Assembly (NCBI RefSeq): GCF_902713615.1
Contig: NC_052157.1
Span: forward strand, 33,847,203 to 33,911,202
Direction of reading: 5' to 3'
From: Scyliorhinus canicula
Lineage: Eukaryota
DNA length: 64,000 nucleotides
Below the pieces are notes generated by a model. It did not search any database. It was not told the origin of the DNA and saw nothing but the letters and a program-made list of their open reading frames with translations. The translations under genes were made by a program, and so were the position numbers. Every line of letters starts with the position of its first letter. Position 1 is the first letter of the stretch. Below, piece after piece: positions 11,561 through 22,647 of this stretch.

Positions 11561-12536
11561 ATTGTTATAGTCATAGGACTGGAATAGTTTACATAGGTGG
11601 GGGAGACGGGGGGGGGGGGGGGGGGGGGGGTGCAAAGGGAAAGGAGACAAGGCTTTGCAGGTTTGCAGAGGTTTCCTGTAGATTTGTCAGACGAAGGAGG
11701 TGGTGGTGAGCCACTTTCTTGAACCACTGCAATCCGTAATGTAAATATGCTTAAATGATATATATTTAACATGATAACCCTTTATTGGGTTATGTGAAGG
11801 GAATCACCTGTCAGCCACCAGTTGAATTAAATCCAACGAACAATGATGGGAATGCACCCTACCATAGTTTGTACTTTTGCCTTGAGTTGCAAACAAGTAT
11901 ATAATCAGCTATTAGTGAGGAAACACAAGGATCCCTGGGGGTGAGGATGGTTTGGTTAATGGTACTTCCTCTCCAGGCCAGCTGAGGAAGTACACGGGAA
12001 GTCGAGTGACTCAGCTTGTTGGAAGAGACCAAAAAAGGGGAGAAAAACAAACCTGACAAGCCCTCACCATCACATCACAGTCAGGCAGCGTGGAGAAGAA
12101 AAGGGACGGAATCTCCCGTCATTCATATGAGATAATTGTGGCTCTTAATTTTTTTTTTTAATTCACCTCACAAGGCGATCACGATCACCTCACAAGAGCA
12201 AAGCTAGAAATCTGAAATAAAAACAGAAAATGCTGAAAATACTCAGCTAATTGACAGTTTCTGTGGGGAGAGAAAAATAAAATTAACATTTCAACCCCCC
12301 CCCCCCCCCCCCCCCCACAAGTTGTTTTTTTCATTTGTTCATGGAATATGAGCTGTGAGCATTACTAGCAAGACCAGCATTCCCTAGTGATCTATCTTGA
12401 ACCATTGCCGTCCATGTGGTGTAGGGGCAGTCACAGTGTTGTTCGAGACGGAGTTCCATATTTTTGCCCCAGCCACAGTGAAGGAACAACAATATAGTTC
12501 CAAGTTAGGATGGTGTACGGCATGAGAATGAATTAG

Positions 12537-12839
12537 TGATGTACAATCCACCTGTTTCCCTTGTATCTCTAGAGGGTTGATGCGCGATCAATGAACACAG
12601 AAATGAAGGAGTAGTCCGAATCAAATGCTTTAATCTACAAGAAGTGTGCCCAGCAGCAGGAGTACAGAAATGACCTGGCTGCTGGGAAACACGGGTTCTT
12701 GTACTCCGCCTCATAGGCGGAAGTTACTTTCCTCTCGACCAATGAGAAGACAACACTTGGGCCAATGGGCAGCGAGCCTTCTACACCAATAGCAGCTCAC
12801 ACTCCCAGGTACCATAATACCCCTAGTCATACTACCACA
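12537..12839 (-). mobile_element. Probable solo LTR
   Basis: TG...CA ends (minus strand starts TGTGGTAGTATG); CCAAT boxes and ATTAAA; no clear TSD. Confidence 0.55.
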
Positions 12840-13332
12840 AGGGTCATTCTATGATTCAGTGGTAGAGGTTTAGAAGCTGTTCACGAATGAACCTTTGTGA
12901 TTGCTGCGGTGCATCTTGTAGGAGGTGCACATTGCTTCCACTACAACAGTGTTGGGGGAAGTGCTTATTTAAGGTAGTGGATGGACACACTTTGTCCTGT
13001 GTGGTGTTGAGCTCCTTGAGTGCTGCTGAAGCTGCATCCATCCATGCAAGTAGAGAATGCTCCATCACATGCCTTACTTACTCAGGCCTTGTTGATGGTG
13101 GACAGGCATTGGTGGTAAGCTGCTCACTGCCGAATTCACAGCCTGTTCTTAGAGCCACAGCATTTGCCTGTCTGGAGCATCAGTGACCATCCCCACTTCT
13201 GACCTTATGACGAGGGAAAATCATCAATGAAGCATCGGAAGATGGTTGATTCCATGACTCTAACCTGAGGAACTCCTGCTGTGATGTCCAGGGACTGGGA
13301 TGATTAGCCTCCAATAATTACAGCCCTCTTCC

Positions 13333-13560
13333 AGGGGCAGCACGGTGGTGCAGTGGGTTAGCCCTGTGCCTCACGATGCCGAGGTCCCAGGTTCGATCCC
13401 GGCTCTGGGTCACTGTCCGTGTGGAGTTTCCACATTCTCCCCGTGTTGGTGTGGGTTTCGCCCCCACATCCCAAAGATGTGCAGGGTAGGTGGATTGGCC
13501 ATGCTAAATTGCCCCTTAATTGGAAAAAAAATGAATTGGGTACTCTAAATTTAAAAAAAA
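13333..13560 (+). mobile_element. Poly(A)-tailed V-SINE with 16-bp TSD
   Basis: ATTACAGCCCTCTTCC (13317-13332) / ATTACAACCCTCTTCC (13561-13576). Confidence 0.92.
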
Positions 13561-14149
13561 ATTACAACCCTCTTCCTTTGTGATAGGTACCATTCCAACC
13601 ATTGGAGAATGTTCCCCGATTTCCATTAATTTCAATTTTGCTAAGGCTCCTTGATGCTGTCTTGGGTGAAATGCTGATGTCAAGGGCAGTCACTCGCACC
13701 TCACATGTTGAATTCAATTCTTTGCTTCGTGTTCAATGCCTAAGGTTGGAGGTGGGGGGAATCTTTCCTCAGTAAGAAAATCTTTATTGTTTTGAGTGAC
13801 TGTTTGTCACTCTGCCACTATTTGGCTGTATCAGAGAGTAAGCAAGTGAGATATGATAAAGACTTTTACAGAAGCTTTTTACAAACGTGTGGGTCTCTCA
13901 TCCTATAATTGGAATGCAAGAAATGCAAAGATGGGGACTAAATCCCACATCATTCTGTGAGTTTCTATATTAAAAATGAATGATGATTATTCAATGCAAA
14001 TCAGCCAAGGCCCTCTTGGTTTCTTGTTCCGATGGAACTAAACAAGGTGGAAATTTGTTTGTCTGCTTGTCCTTCAGTTGAACCTGAATTACACATTCAC
14101 AGTATGGCCCACATTTGCTCTTATCTCTTGCCACAGAAGTGTGAGCTGT

Positions 14150-14570
14150 TGCCCAGTGGGCTGCCCTATTGCGTGAAACAACAGATTGTGTTCCTATCAC
14201 ATTCCAGAGATTTGAACACAGCATCTAAGTTGACACTCCGGTGCCGTACCGAGGGGGAATGCCGCCTCATTGGAGATGGTGTCCTTACGTTGAGGTGTCA
14301 AGCCAAGGCCCCATCTTCCAGCTCAGATGGGTATAGAAGATCACAGAACACTCTTTTGAAGAAAATCTGCAGGGGAGTTCTCCAAGGTGTTCTGGCCACC
14401 ATGTATGCCACAACCAATAATCAACAACAAGCGATCTGGTCATTCTCACATAACTGTTTGTGGGACCTTGCTATGTGAAAATTGACCACTGCATTTTCTA
14501 CATTCCAATAATGACTGCATTTTGGGACAGTACTAAGCTTGGGAAATGTGCAACATATTTACAAGTCTTT
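14150..14570 (+). mobile_element. Deu-SINE (SacSINE1/AmnSINE1-like)
   Basis: Deu motifs CAGGGGAGTTCTCC..GGTGTTCTGGCCA and TGTTTGTGGGACCTTGCT; partial minus-strand copy at about 22965-23100. Confidence 0.75.
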
Positions 14571-14733
14571 CTTTACCTCATCTTTGGCTGGCACTGCACT
14601 AACCTGATTTCTTAAAAGCTTTCGCAATCTGCTAAACTCCAAACTGTCCAGAACTTTGTTATGTCTATTCTAACCTGAACTGCCATTCTCCATTAACACC
14701 TTGCTCCCGAGGACACCAAGTGTTGCAATTCTC

Positions 14734-16528
14734 TTTTTTTTTAAAATATATTTTTATTGCGAAAATGTTTCATCTTAACACAGTAAAACCACAACACAGG
14801 ACAAATACAATTCCAAATTTATCCTCCCTCCCAACCCCACCCCTCAAAAAGCAACCAAAACGTGACCAGATAACCCCACCCTCCCCAACATCTGACAGCG
14901 AACTTCTCTTCTATAAACATATCCCCAAACCTCTCCAACCCACCCCTTCCCCATGACCCGAATGATGAGTCCAAATCCACCGGTACAAGGAGATGATTTC
15001 TACAGATTGGAGCCAATATTGACATGGAGCCCATCTTAAAATGTTGCCTGAACTGTCTCCATATCCTCAGAGTGGCCACCACCACTGGGCTTGAAGTCAA
15101 TTTTGCTGGAGAAAACGGAAGCGGAGCCATAACCAAGATACTTGAACTAGTACCCATACAAGCCCTGTCCTCCATCCTCCCCCACATGGAGTCCTGATCC
15201 TTAAGCCACCCCCCGCACCGTTTCAATGTTCACAGCCCAATAATAAAATAACAGATTAGGCAGCACAAGGCCCCTCGACTGTCTCTCCCTCTGCAGAAAC
15301 ACCCTATGAATCTATGGGGTCTTGCCTGCCCAATTAAAGGAAGATATTTTATTAACCTTCCCAAAGAAAGCTTTGGGAAGGAAAATGTGGAGACACTGAA
15401 ACAAAACCAAAAACCTTGGGAGGACATTTATTTTTACTGACTGGACCCTGGCAAGAACAGAGGGAGGTTGTCCCACTTGTTCAAGTCAGACTTAACCCCA
15501 TTCACTAAGCTAGTAAAATAGTCTATGAAGTGAGGCCCAGATAACGAAAGCAAGACCTGGCCAAGTGAAAAAGCAACGTCCCCAAATTGGCTCCCCTCCA
15601 CGGGCAGTTCAGCGAAAACTTTCACTTTTGTCCACGTTCAACTCAAACGCCGAGAAGGAGCAATACTCACCACCTAACCCCACAAAGCCTGTCCACCATC
15701 TACAAGAATACTCTCCACTTGCGTGGATGAGTGCAGCTCCAACAACACTGGACCCTCCACCACCGACGAACAGTGGCAGCCGTGTGTACCATCTTCTGGT
15801 TCACCAGAACGGGCATCTGCCTGTGCAGGCTGAGGGTCTGATCCAATTCGGGAGGAGACGCCATTCCACCCTCCCACACCATCTTTCCAAACATCTGCAA
15901 CATATATTTTATAGGATTTGGACCTCCAGATACTCCAGCAGCCTTATTTTTCTCAAGTCCTGCCTTCTGTAGCGATTCACCAGGTCATACACCTTGGCCC
16001 TTAGCTCCCTGTTATCACCGGCCACCCGCGCCATCTCTGCTTCCAGGGAGGTGATCTGGTCACTTTGCCTCGAAAAGGCCACCTCCACATCCCGTAGCAC
16101 CGCGCCTTGCGCCTTTACAGACTGATCCGGTTTTACCAAGGATGCACAAATAGAGGACAGGGCCCCTTCGATTCTTCTGTTGAGGTCTTCATAGACACCC
16201 TGCCATAATTCATAAGTTCCACCGCCAAGATGCCTGTAAGAATCTCAGCGGCTAGTAGAGTGGCCAAAGACGCAGCTGGAACCTCCGCCATTTCTCAGCA
16301 GACAAAGCTCTCGATGCTCCTGAGCCCAACGACGATTCTTTACTTTTCTGCTGCCTGGTTTTGTACTTTTTGGGCATTCCTTTTATGTGGGGCTCTTATT
16401 CCATCAAACTAACAATGTTTCACCTTTCAAATCATCCCCGAAAACCGCGAGAAAAGGGTCAAAATCAAAGTACTCTGGTGGGAGCCACCTCATGTGTGTC
16501 TGCTCTTTACATGCAGCCACCGGAAGTG
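14734..16528 (-). mobile_element. Internally deleted L1 retaining both ends, 17-bp TSD
   Basis: TSD CAAGTGTTGCAATTCTC at 14717-14733 and 16529-16545; 5' CACTTCCGGTGGC; ORF1 LVNRYRRQDLR; ORF2 fragments; poly-A. Confidence 0.9.
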
Positions 16529-17417
16529 CAAGTGTTGCAATTCTCAAGCTGGTTTCCAAATGCCTTGATCCTTTCCTGACCAATTGATGCAATCTGCACG
16601 GCAATACACACCCTCTGGTCTTTCCGGCCTAGCCCATTTCTCATTCTCTGATTTAGGATTCAGCCATCACACATTCTGCAATTCATTCCCTCTGCTCTAC
16701 TTTCTCAACCAATGTTCAAAAGGCTTCTTCAAAAGAAACTTACTTTTGTTGCTTTGAGTCAGAGCCCCCGAATCTCTCTGTTTCAGCACAGCTGCCCAAG
16801 GTAAAGGAATCGCAGAGGTTTCTCATATGAAAGGACCTGTAAATTGCTGTTGAATTCAGCCATTTTATTTTATCTCAATGGGGTAATTTCCAAAATTAAA
16901 TTAAAGAAGAGGGGTTGGCCATGTATCAATGGGGCTCTTTATAGTATTTGCTCATTTTAGTAAGTGATCGACCTGCAATAACATTGAGAGCCTGCTCGGG
17001 GAGTTGGCAATCTGTAGGCCGAGAGAGGAAGAGCCACACTCTTGAAGAAAAAGCGATATGAATTTGTTGGGATGGTGCTGACTATCGAGGAGAAAAGTAG
17101 AAGAGGGAATATGTAACCGTAACGCTCAGGTTTACTAACCATTGTGAGAAGAGCATCAAATTTAGTGTAATGTTGCCTCCCCCCGTGTCTACCCATCAAT
17201 TGTCAGGAACAGTGGCAGGTGTTAAAAGCTCACACTTGGCTAAACTCAGTTTCGGGGGTTCTCTAAAGGAGAAGAGGACAGGAAGTTTTTATGTGTTGTG
17301 GAAGGGGAAAGCGAGATGTTCAGTTGAGAAGAGATGCTTCAGAGAGGTTTTCGAAAAGGAGAGAGATCAGCCCTGGCATCGGAAAGATGAAATGGCAGTT
17401 TCCATTGAAAGATACGA

Positions 17418-17605
17418 TTGAAATGAAAACGGAAATGTTGGAAACACTTAGCAGGTCTGGCAACCTCAGTGGGGAGAGAAACAGAATGAATGTTTCAAGT
17501 CGATGACCTTTCATCAGCAGGTTATGCTGCTAGACCTGCTGAGGATTTCCGGCATTTTCTGCCTTCATTTCAGATTTCCAGCATCTACAGTATTTTGATT
17601 TTGTT
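17418..17605. mobile_element. Penelope-like terminal-repeat relic (inverted halves) with a hammerhead-like core
   Basis: ...CTTAGCAGGTCTGGCA and TGCTAGACCTGCTGAG are inverted; related fragments at about 8680, 12205, 25125, 27445 and 32365. Confidence 0.6.
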
Positions 17606-18430
17606 TTATTCATATTATTCATAACTACATGACAAATTGTTTCTGGCTGCACTGCTTCGCAGAGCGTGGCGTGAATAGTACAAATCTTGAAATAGACATG
17701 AACCGTCAGAAATAGTTGGTATTCTCTTTATACAGCAGATGTTTTGTTAAAATCCTCACTTATTTAAAGTGAGTCAACACCAAACTGTGAAATATAGATT
17801 ATATTGCACAAGAAGGAGCTGATAACTAACTCAGCAGTCACTGTGTGACTCAGTCCGCTGTGTTCAAAAATTTCCCCAGAGCAAGATTTTCCCCCCTGTA
17901 TTAATTGGAAACCATTTGTCACCATCATAAGTGCACTTATTACACCCAAGCAGAGGCTGTTTTACTTCCAACCTACTTATCTGGGATGCTAATGGAAACC
18001 TTTGTGATTGTGGGTGACAAAAGTAGAATATAACTGGCAAAAGAATGATCAATCTGTTTATCGTCTGTGCAGTGTATCTGTTTCAGGAGTTCACAAAATA
18101 GTGTCAAATGGAAGCTGACAAGTCTCTTGTGTAAGGTGCCTGTTCTCTGGGACACCTGCCACCTCGTTGCTGTCAGATGTGCGATTCGCAGCAGCAATTC
18201 TGCCGTGCGTGTGCTGCGTGGCGGCTTGGGAACACGTGCCAACAGCCCAGCATGATACCCAGAATATGCAGCAAGACTCGCAGATCTGTTTTTTTTTTAG
18301 TTTGCTTCATTCTCCAGGAATGGCAATGCGATGTTCAGTGATTTAACAAAAAAATTAAATTATATCATTGGCTTAGTCAGGCAACAGGACCACTGACTCA
18401 CTGTGTACATGTTCAGTGGTAACCCTAGAT

Positions 18431-18793
18431 CAGGGGTGGGCAAACTTTTCCGTGCAAGGGCCACATTCAGAAATTCACAATTTTAAAGCGCCGCATAGTA
18501 TATTAAGTAAAATAATTACTTCACCCGGTTATGATTCTGGGCACCTCATATAGAACATAGAACAGTACAGCACAGAACAGGCCCTTCGGCCCTCGACGTT
18601 GTGCCGAGCAATGATCACCCTACTCAAGTCAACGCATCCACCCTATACCAGTAAGTAACCCAACAGCCACTCCATTAACCTTAAAACAAAATTAAAAAAA
18701 AAAAAACATTTTTTTTTTTAATGACTTGGTGGGCTGCATAAAGACCTTTGGCGGGCCGCATGCGGCCCGCGGGCTGTAGTTTGCCCACCCCTG
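18431..18793. mobile_element. hAT MITE carrying an HE1 SINE tail
   Basis: Perfect 16-bp TIR CAGGGGTGGGCAAACT; 8-bp TSD CCCTAGAT. Confidence 0.93.
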
Positions 18794-18804
18794 CCCTAGA
18801 TTAG

Positions 18805-19285
18805 AAGTGAGGAATGTTCTTGGTCTTTGGTAATGGCACAGTCTGATCATACGGTCATAGCTGACAAGAAGAGAGTATTGAGGAGCCTTACCAGCATGAT
18901 AACAGTAATGAGGGAGTTCAGATTGGAGAAGTGACATTTATTTCTTTGGAGCAGAGAAAGTTACAAGGAGACCTCCTAATATTCAGAATTACGAGGGTTC
19001 ATGATAAGCGTAAGTAGGGAGAAATAAATTCCTCTGGCAAGTCGGTTGGTACTCAATGGTTGGTATTTCAATAATTGGCAAAAGGAAGGAAAATGAAGGG
19101 GAATTTCTTCACGCACAGTGGTAGAATTAGATTCCACTGTAACTTCCAAAAAGCAATAGGGAATGCTCTTTGAGAACTAATTTGCAAGGTATGGGGAAAA
19201 AGCTGTGGGGTAAGATAAAGCAGACAGCTCTTCCTCTGAGCTGGCATGGGCATGATGGGCCAAATGGCCTCCTCCTGTAAGACTG
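18805..19285 (+). mobile_element. Degenerate CR1 3' end
   Basis: TTTGGAGCAGAGAAAGTTACAAGGAGACCT ... GATGGGCCAAATGGCCTCCTCCTG. Confidence 0.7.
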
Positions 19286-20871
19286 AATGAGTCTATATAT
19301 TTGACCACTGGGAACGGACAGTGTAGGAGGTCATAATCTTGAACCTCTGTCTTATATCCCGCCCCAACAATTGGGAGCATCTCAAGTTACAACCAAGAAT
19401 TGAATTTAAAGCTTTACTTTACAATACCTGTCCACAGAATTTATATACGTGTTACCTATGGCTAAGCTACTCATCTTTTTAGCTTCCAGACTTCAAGATA
19501 TCCTGCTGCGCTTCAACTGAGATTCATCCCTGTTGAATCTTAAGGTGGCATTATTCTGATAGCATCCATGGCAAAAAGAGATGATTTTTCTAAAATAAAG
19601 TTGATCTTGGGAAGTTGTAGAAATGCAAGCTTGATGTTAAAGCTTTGACATGCTGTCTATTCATGTTTTCCAATGCCATAATTGATTTTATTTGGCCAGT
19701 GCAAGTTCTCTTCTCAGACATTGTTGCTATGGTAATGACTGTTACCATAACGACTGGTGATGGCCTCCTGAGTTCGCTCCAAACTCAACCTGGTTTAATT
19801 CTGATGTGTTTGGATATTTCCAAATTAGTCCAGCTAAGTTGACAAACATGGAACTATCTGGATTTATAAGCCTGGCTGTTGCCTCTCAGAAGGATTGAAA
19901 ATGCATTTTAGAAAGCTGAAAATCCTTCGGAAAGTGTGCGTTTCACTCCCTTGGGTCGTGAACTTCTTCGTCCCTTCCCTCAAACCAGCCGCCTTCTACC
20001 TCCCTCCCTCCCCCCCCCCCTTCATATTTTTTGTAAAATTTGAACCAATCATTTTACTAAACTGTTCATTCAAGGATGCTGAGGACAGTGAGCTAAAGCT
20101 GATAATCTGAGTGGGTTTTCAGTGCATGGTGCTCCTGGATGTAAAGAACACAGAAAGTTACTCTGACAAGACCAAAGTGAATCTAAAAGATTATGTGACA
20201 GAATGTGAAATGCAGGAGATCAGTATTTGGTGTTATGAATATGTAAATAACTCAAAGGAATGTTTTATTATGTGTCATTGTTTGCAAGAACTGTAAGATT
20301 GAAAAATAACAGGGACAGTCCCCCCTCCCCACTCTGCTCTTACAATAATAATCTCTATTAGTGTCGCAAGTAGGCCATTAACACTGCAGTTGCGTTACTG
20401 TGAAAATTTCCTAGTCGCCACACTACAGCGCCTGTTTGGGTACACTGAGGGAGAATTCAGAATGTCCAATTCATCTAACTTCACAGTTATATTACACTGC
20501 AAGGGTGGCTTGTTTAATTCCTAGCCAGTAAGCAAAGTGATATGGTTTGGCAGAGTAACGTAGGGAAAAGCGTTTGCCATTAGTTGATCTGTCAGTAAGT
20601 AAAAGGGTATAAATTTCAGATCGTTGCCCACTGATTAAAAGGTGAGGTTAGGTTAGGTTCAGACTTTTATTTAATGCAATGGACTGTTAGGGTATTCCCA
20701 GAAACAGTAGCGGAATCATGAATGCCTGCTTTCCCAACCCTGCCCCTCGCCTGAGGTGTGGTGTTCCAAAGGTTAAATCGCCACCAGTCAGCTTACACCC
20801 TCAAAGGGGAAAGCAGCCTATGGTCATCTGGGACTATAGCGACTTTACCTTCCCTTACCGGTGGAAACATA

Positions 20872-21578
20872 GGGCGGGATTCTCCGACCACACCGTTGGG
20901 TCAGAGATTCGCCGGGGGCAGCGTGAATCCCGCCCCCGCCGACTGCCAAATTCTCCGTCGCTGGAGATTTGGCGGGGGCGGGAATCACGCCGCGCCGGTC
21001 GGCGGCCGCTAGCAGTGGCCCCCCCGGCGATTCTGCAGTCCGCGATGGGCTGAGTGGCTGCCTGTCCCGGTCCCGCCGGCGGAAATTAGAGTAGGTCCTT
21101 ACCGGCGGGATCTGGCGGCACGGGTGGCCTCCGGGGTCCTCGGGGGGGGGGGGGGCGTGGGAGGATCTGGCCCCGGGAGGTCCCCCACTGTGGCCTGGCC
21201 CGCGATTGGGGCCCACCGATCCGCGGGCGGGCCTACGCCGTGGGGGCACTCTATTCCTCCGTGTCAGCTGCTATTCCTCTGCTATGGCCGACGTGGAAAT
21301 GAACACCCCTGCGCATGCGCTGGGATGACACCAGCACATGCTGGCGCTCCCGCGCATGCGCCAACTCGCGCCGGCCAGCGGAGGGCCTTCGGCGCCAGTT
21401 GGCGTGGCACCATGCCCCTTACCCGCCGGCCGGCGCGGCGCAAACCACTCCGGGGCCGGCCTAGCCCCTGAAGGTGCGGAGAATTCTGCAATGTTGGGGC
21501 AGCCCGACGCCGGAGTGGTTCACGCCACTCCTCGGGGCCGGGAGCTCCTGCCCCGCCGGTTAGGGGAGAATCCCACCT
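20872..21578. mobile_element. Harbinger-type MITE
   Basis: TIR GGGCGGGATTCTCC / GGAGAATCCCACCT; 3-bp TSD ATA. Confidence 0.85.
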
Positions 21579-21808
21579 ATAGTCTCTTATAGTTTATTGA
21601 AGGAAGAAGGTAAATATTTGAAAAAGGCGAAAGGAATGGATAATTCTGAGAGCTACCACAGGCATGATGGCCCGAATAACCTCCTGTGTGCAATATGTTA
21701 TGTTTCTGGAATTGCTAAAATAAATTACAATGATTCATAAGATAAAAAAATATATGTAGATCAGAATGTTCACAGTTAGTCAAGTTCAGGCATTTTGTGG
21801 GTCACTTA

Positions 21809-22647
21809 CGTTGCTCGTTATACTTTCCCTTAATTTGCTCTGTTTTAATTACCTTTGCTCTAGAGTCGCCAGGTATCTTTCTGATACCACCACAGGGTTT
21901 AAAGCCAAGTACTTATCAATAACTCAATACACCAGTTAGTAAGTTTGAAACCAATACACATTTATTTACACACAGTCAATTATTACTCATGCATAAACTC
22001 TACTCGCTAAACTACCACTACTAGTAAAAGCCTATACTTAGCTTCGAATGGCCCACCAGGTCAGAGGAACAATGGCCTTTGTCTGGTTCTGATTCTGCTG
22101 GCTTCGAACTGGTACGGAATAGTAGCTAGGAGCGTCTATCTCGTAGCGTGCGTTGATCTGAGACTTACTTGGTTGATGCAGCTGCTAGGCAGGTCTCTCC
22201 TCGCTGAGAGCCAAGGCCAAGAGAGCGAACTGAACTTGGGGACGCTATCTTATAGTCCCCAGGGGTTTCGCGCCCTTTTGGGCGGCCCCCGGACTTGGTC
22301 CCAATTAATTGGACCATGTCTCAATCGTTCTTATCGATTTTCTCCAATACCGGAGTTGTTCCCTCATCGTTAGGATCCCTAGGTGGCCGTTGGCCTGCCT
22401 TTGGTTTAGCTCCCACTGGCGCCGGGGAGTCTGTCTTGGTCTCGATTGTTTCAATGTTTCTTTTTGTCCCTGGAGATAGCTCATTAATATGTTAATGGCT
22501 ATTGGTTTCGCTTCTGTCTTGTTACTGTAAATCTTAATACACAGGAAACCTTGCACCTGCTTGTTTTCTCTGGTGTTGTCCAATTTTCCCTGCACTCCTT
22601 GCGAGTGTCCATTTTGAATCGGGACGTGGCCACCCCAGGTGGCTACA
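21809..22647 (-). mobile_element. Solo LTR (about 840 bp)
   Basis: Minus strand starts TGTAGCCACC; TATAAG, AATAAA and a GGTATC..GATACC hairpin next to TGGCGACTCT; flanks CTTA/CTGA. Confidence 0.65.

Larger units (their letters stand above)
12325..13730 (-). mobile_element. Old CR1-like LINE fragments (host for a solo LTR and a SINE)
   Basis: MEHSLLAWMDAASAALKELNTTQDK; same family as 43800 and 54490. Confidence 0.75.
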
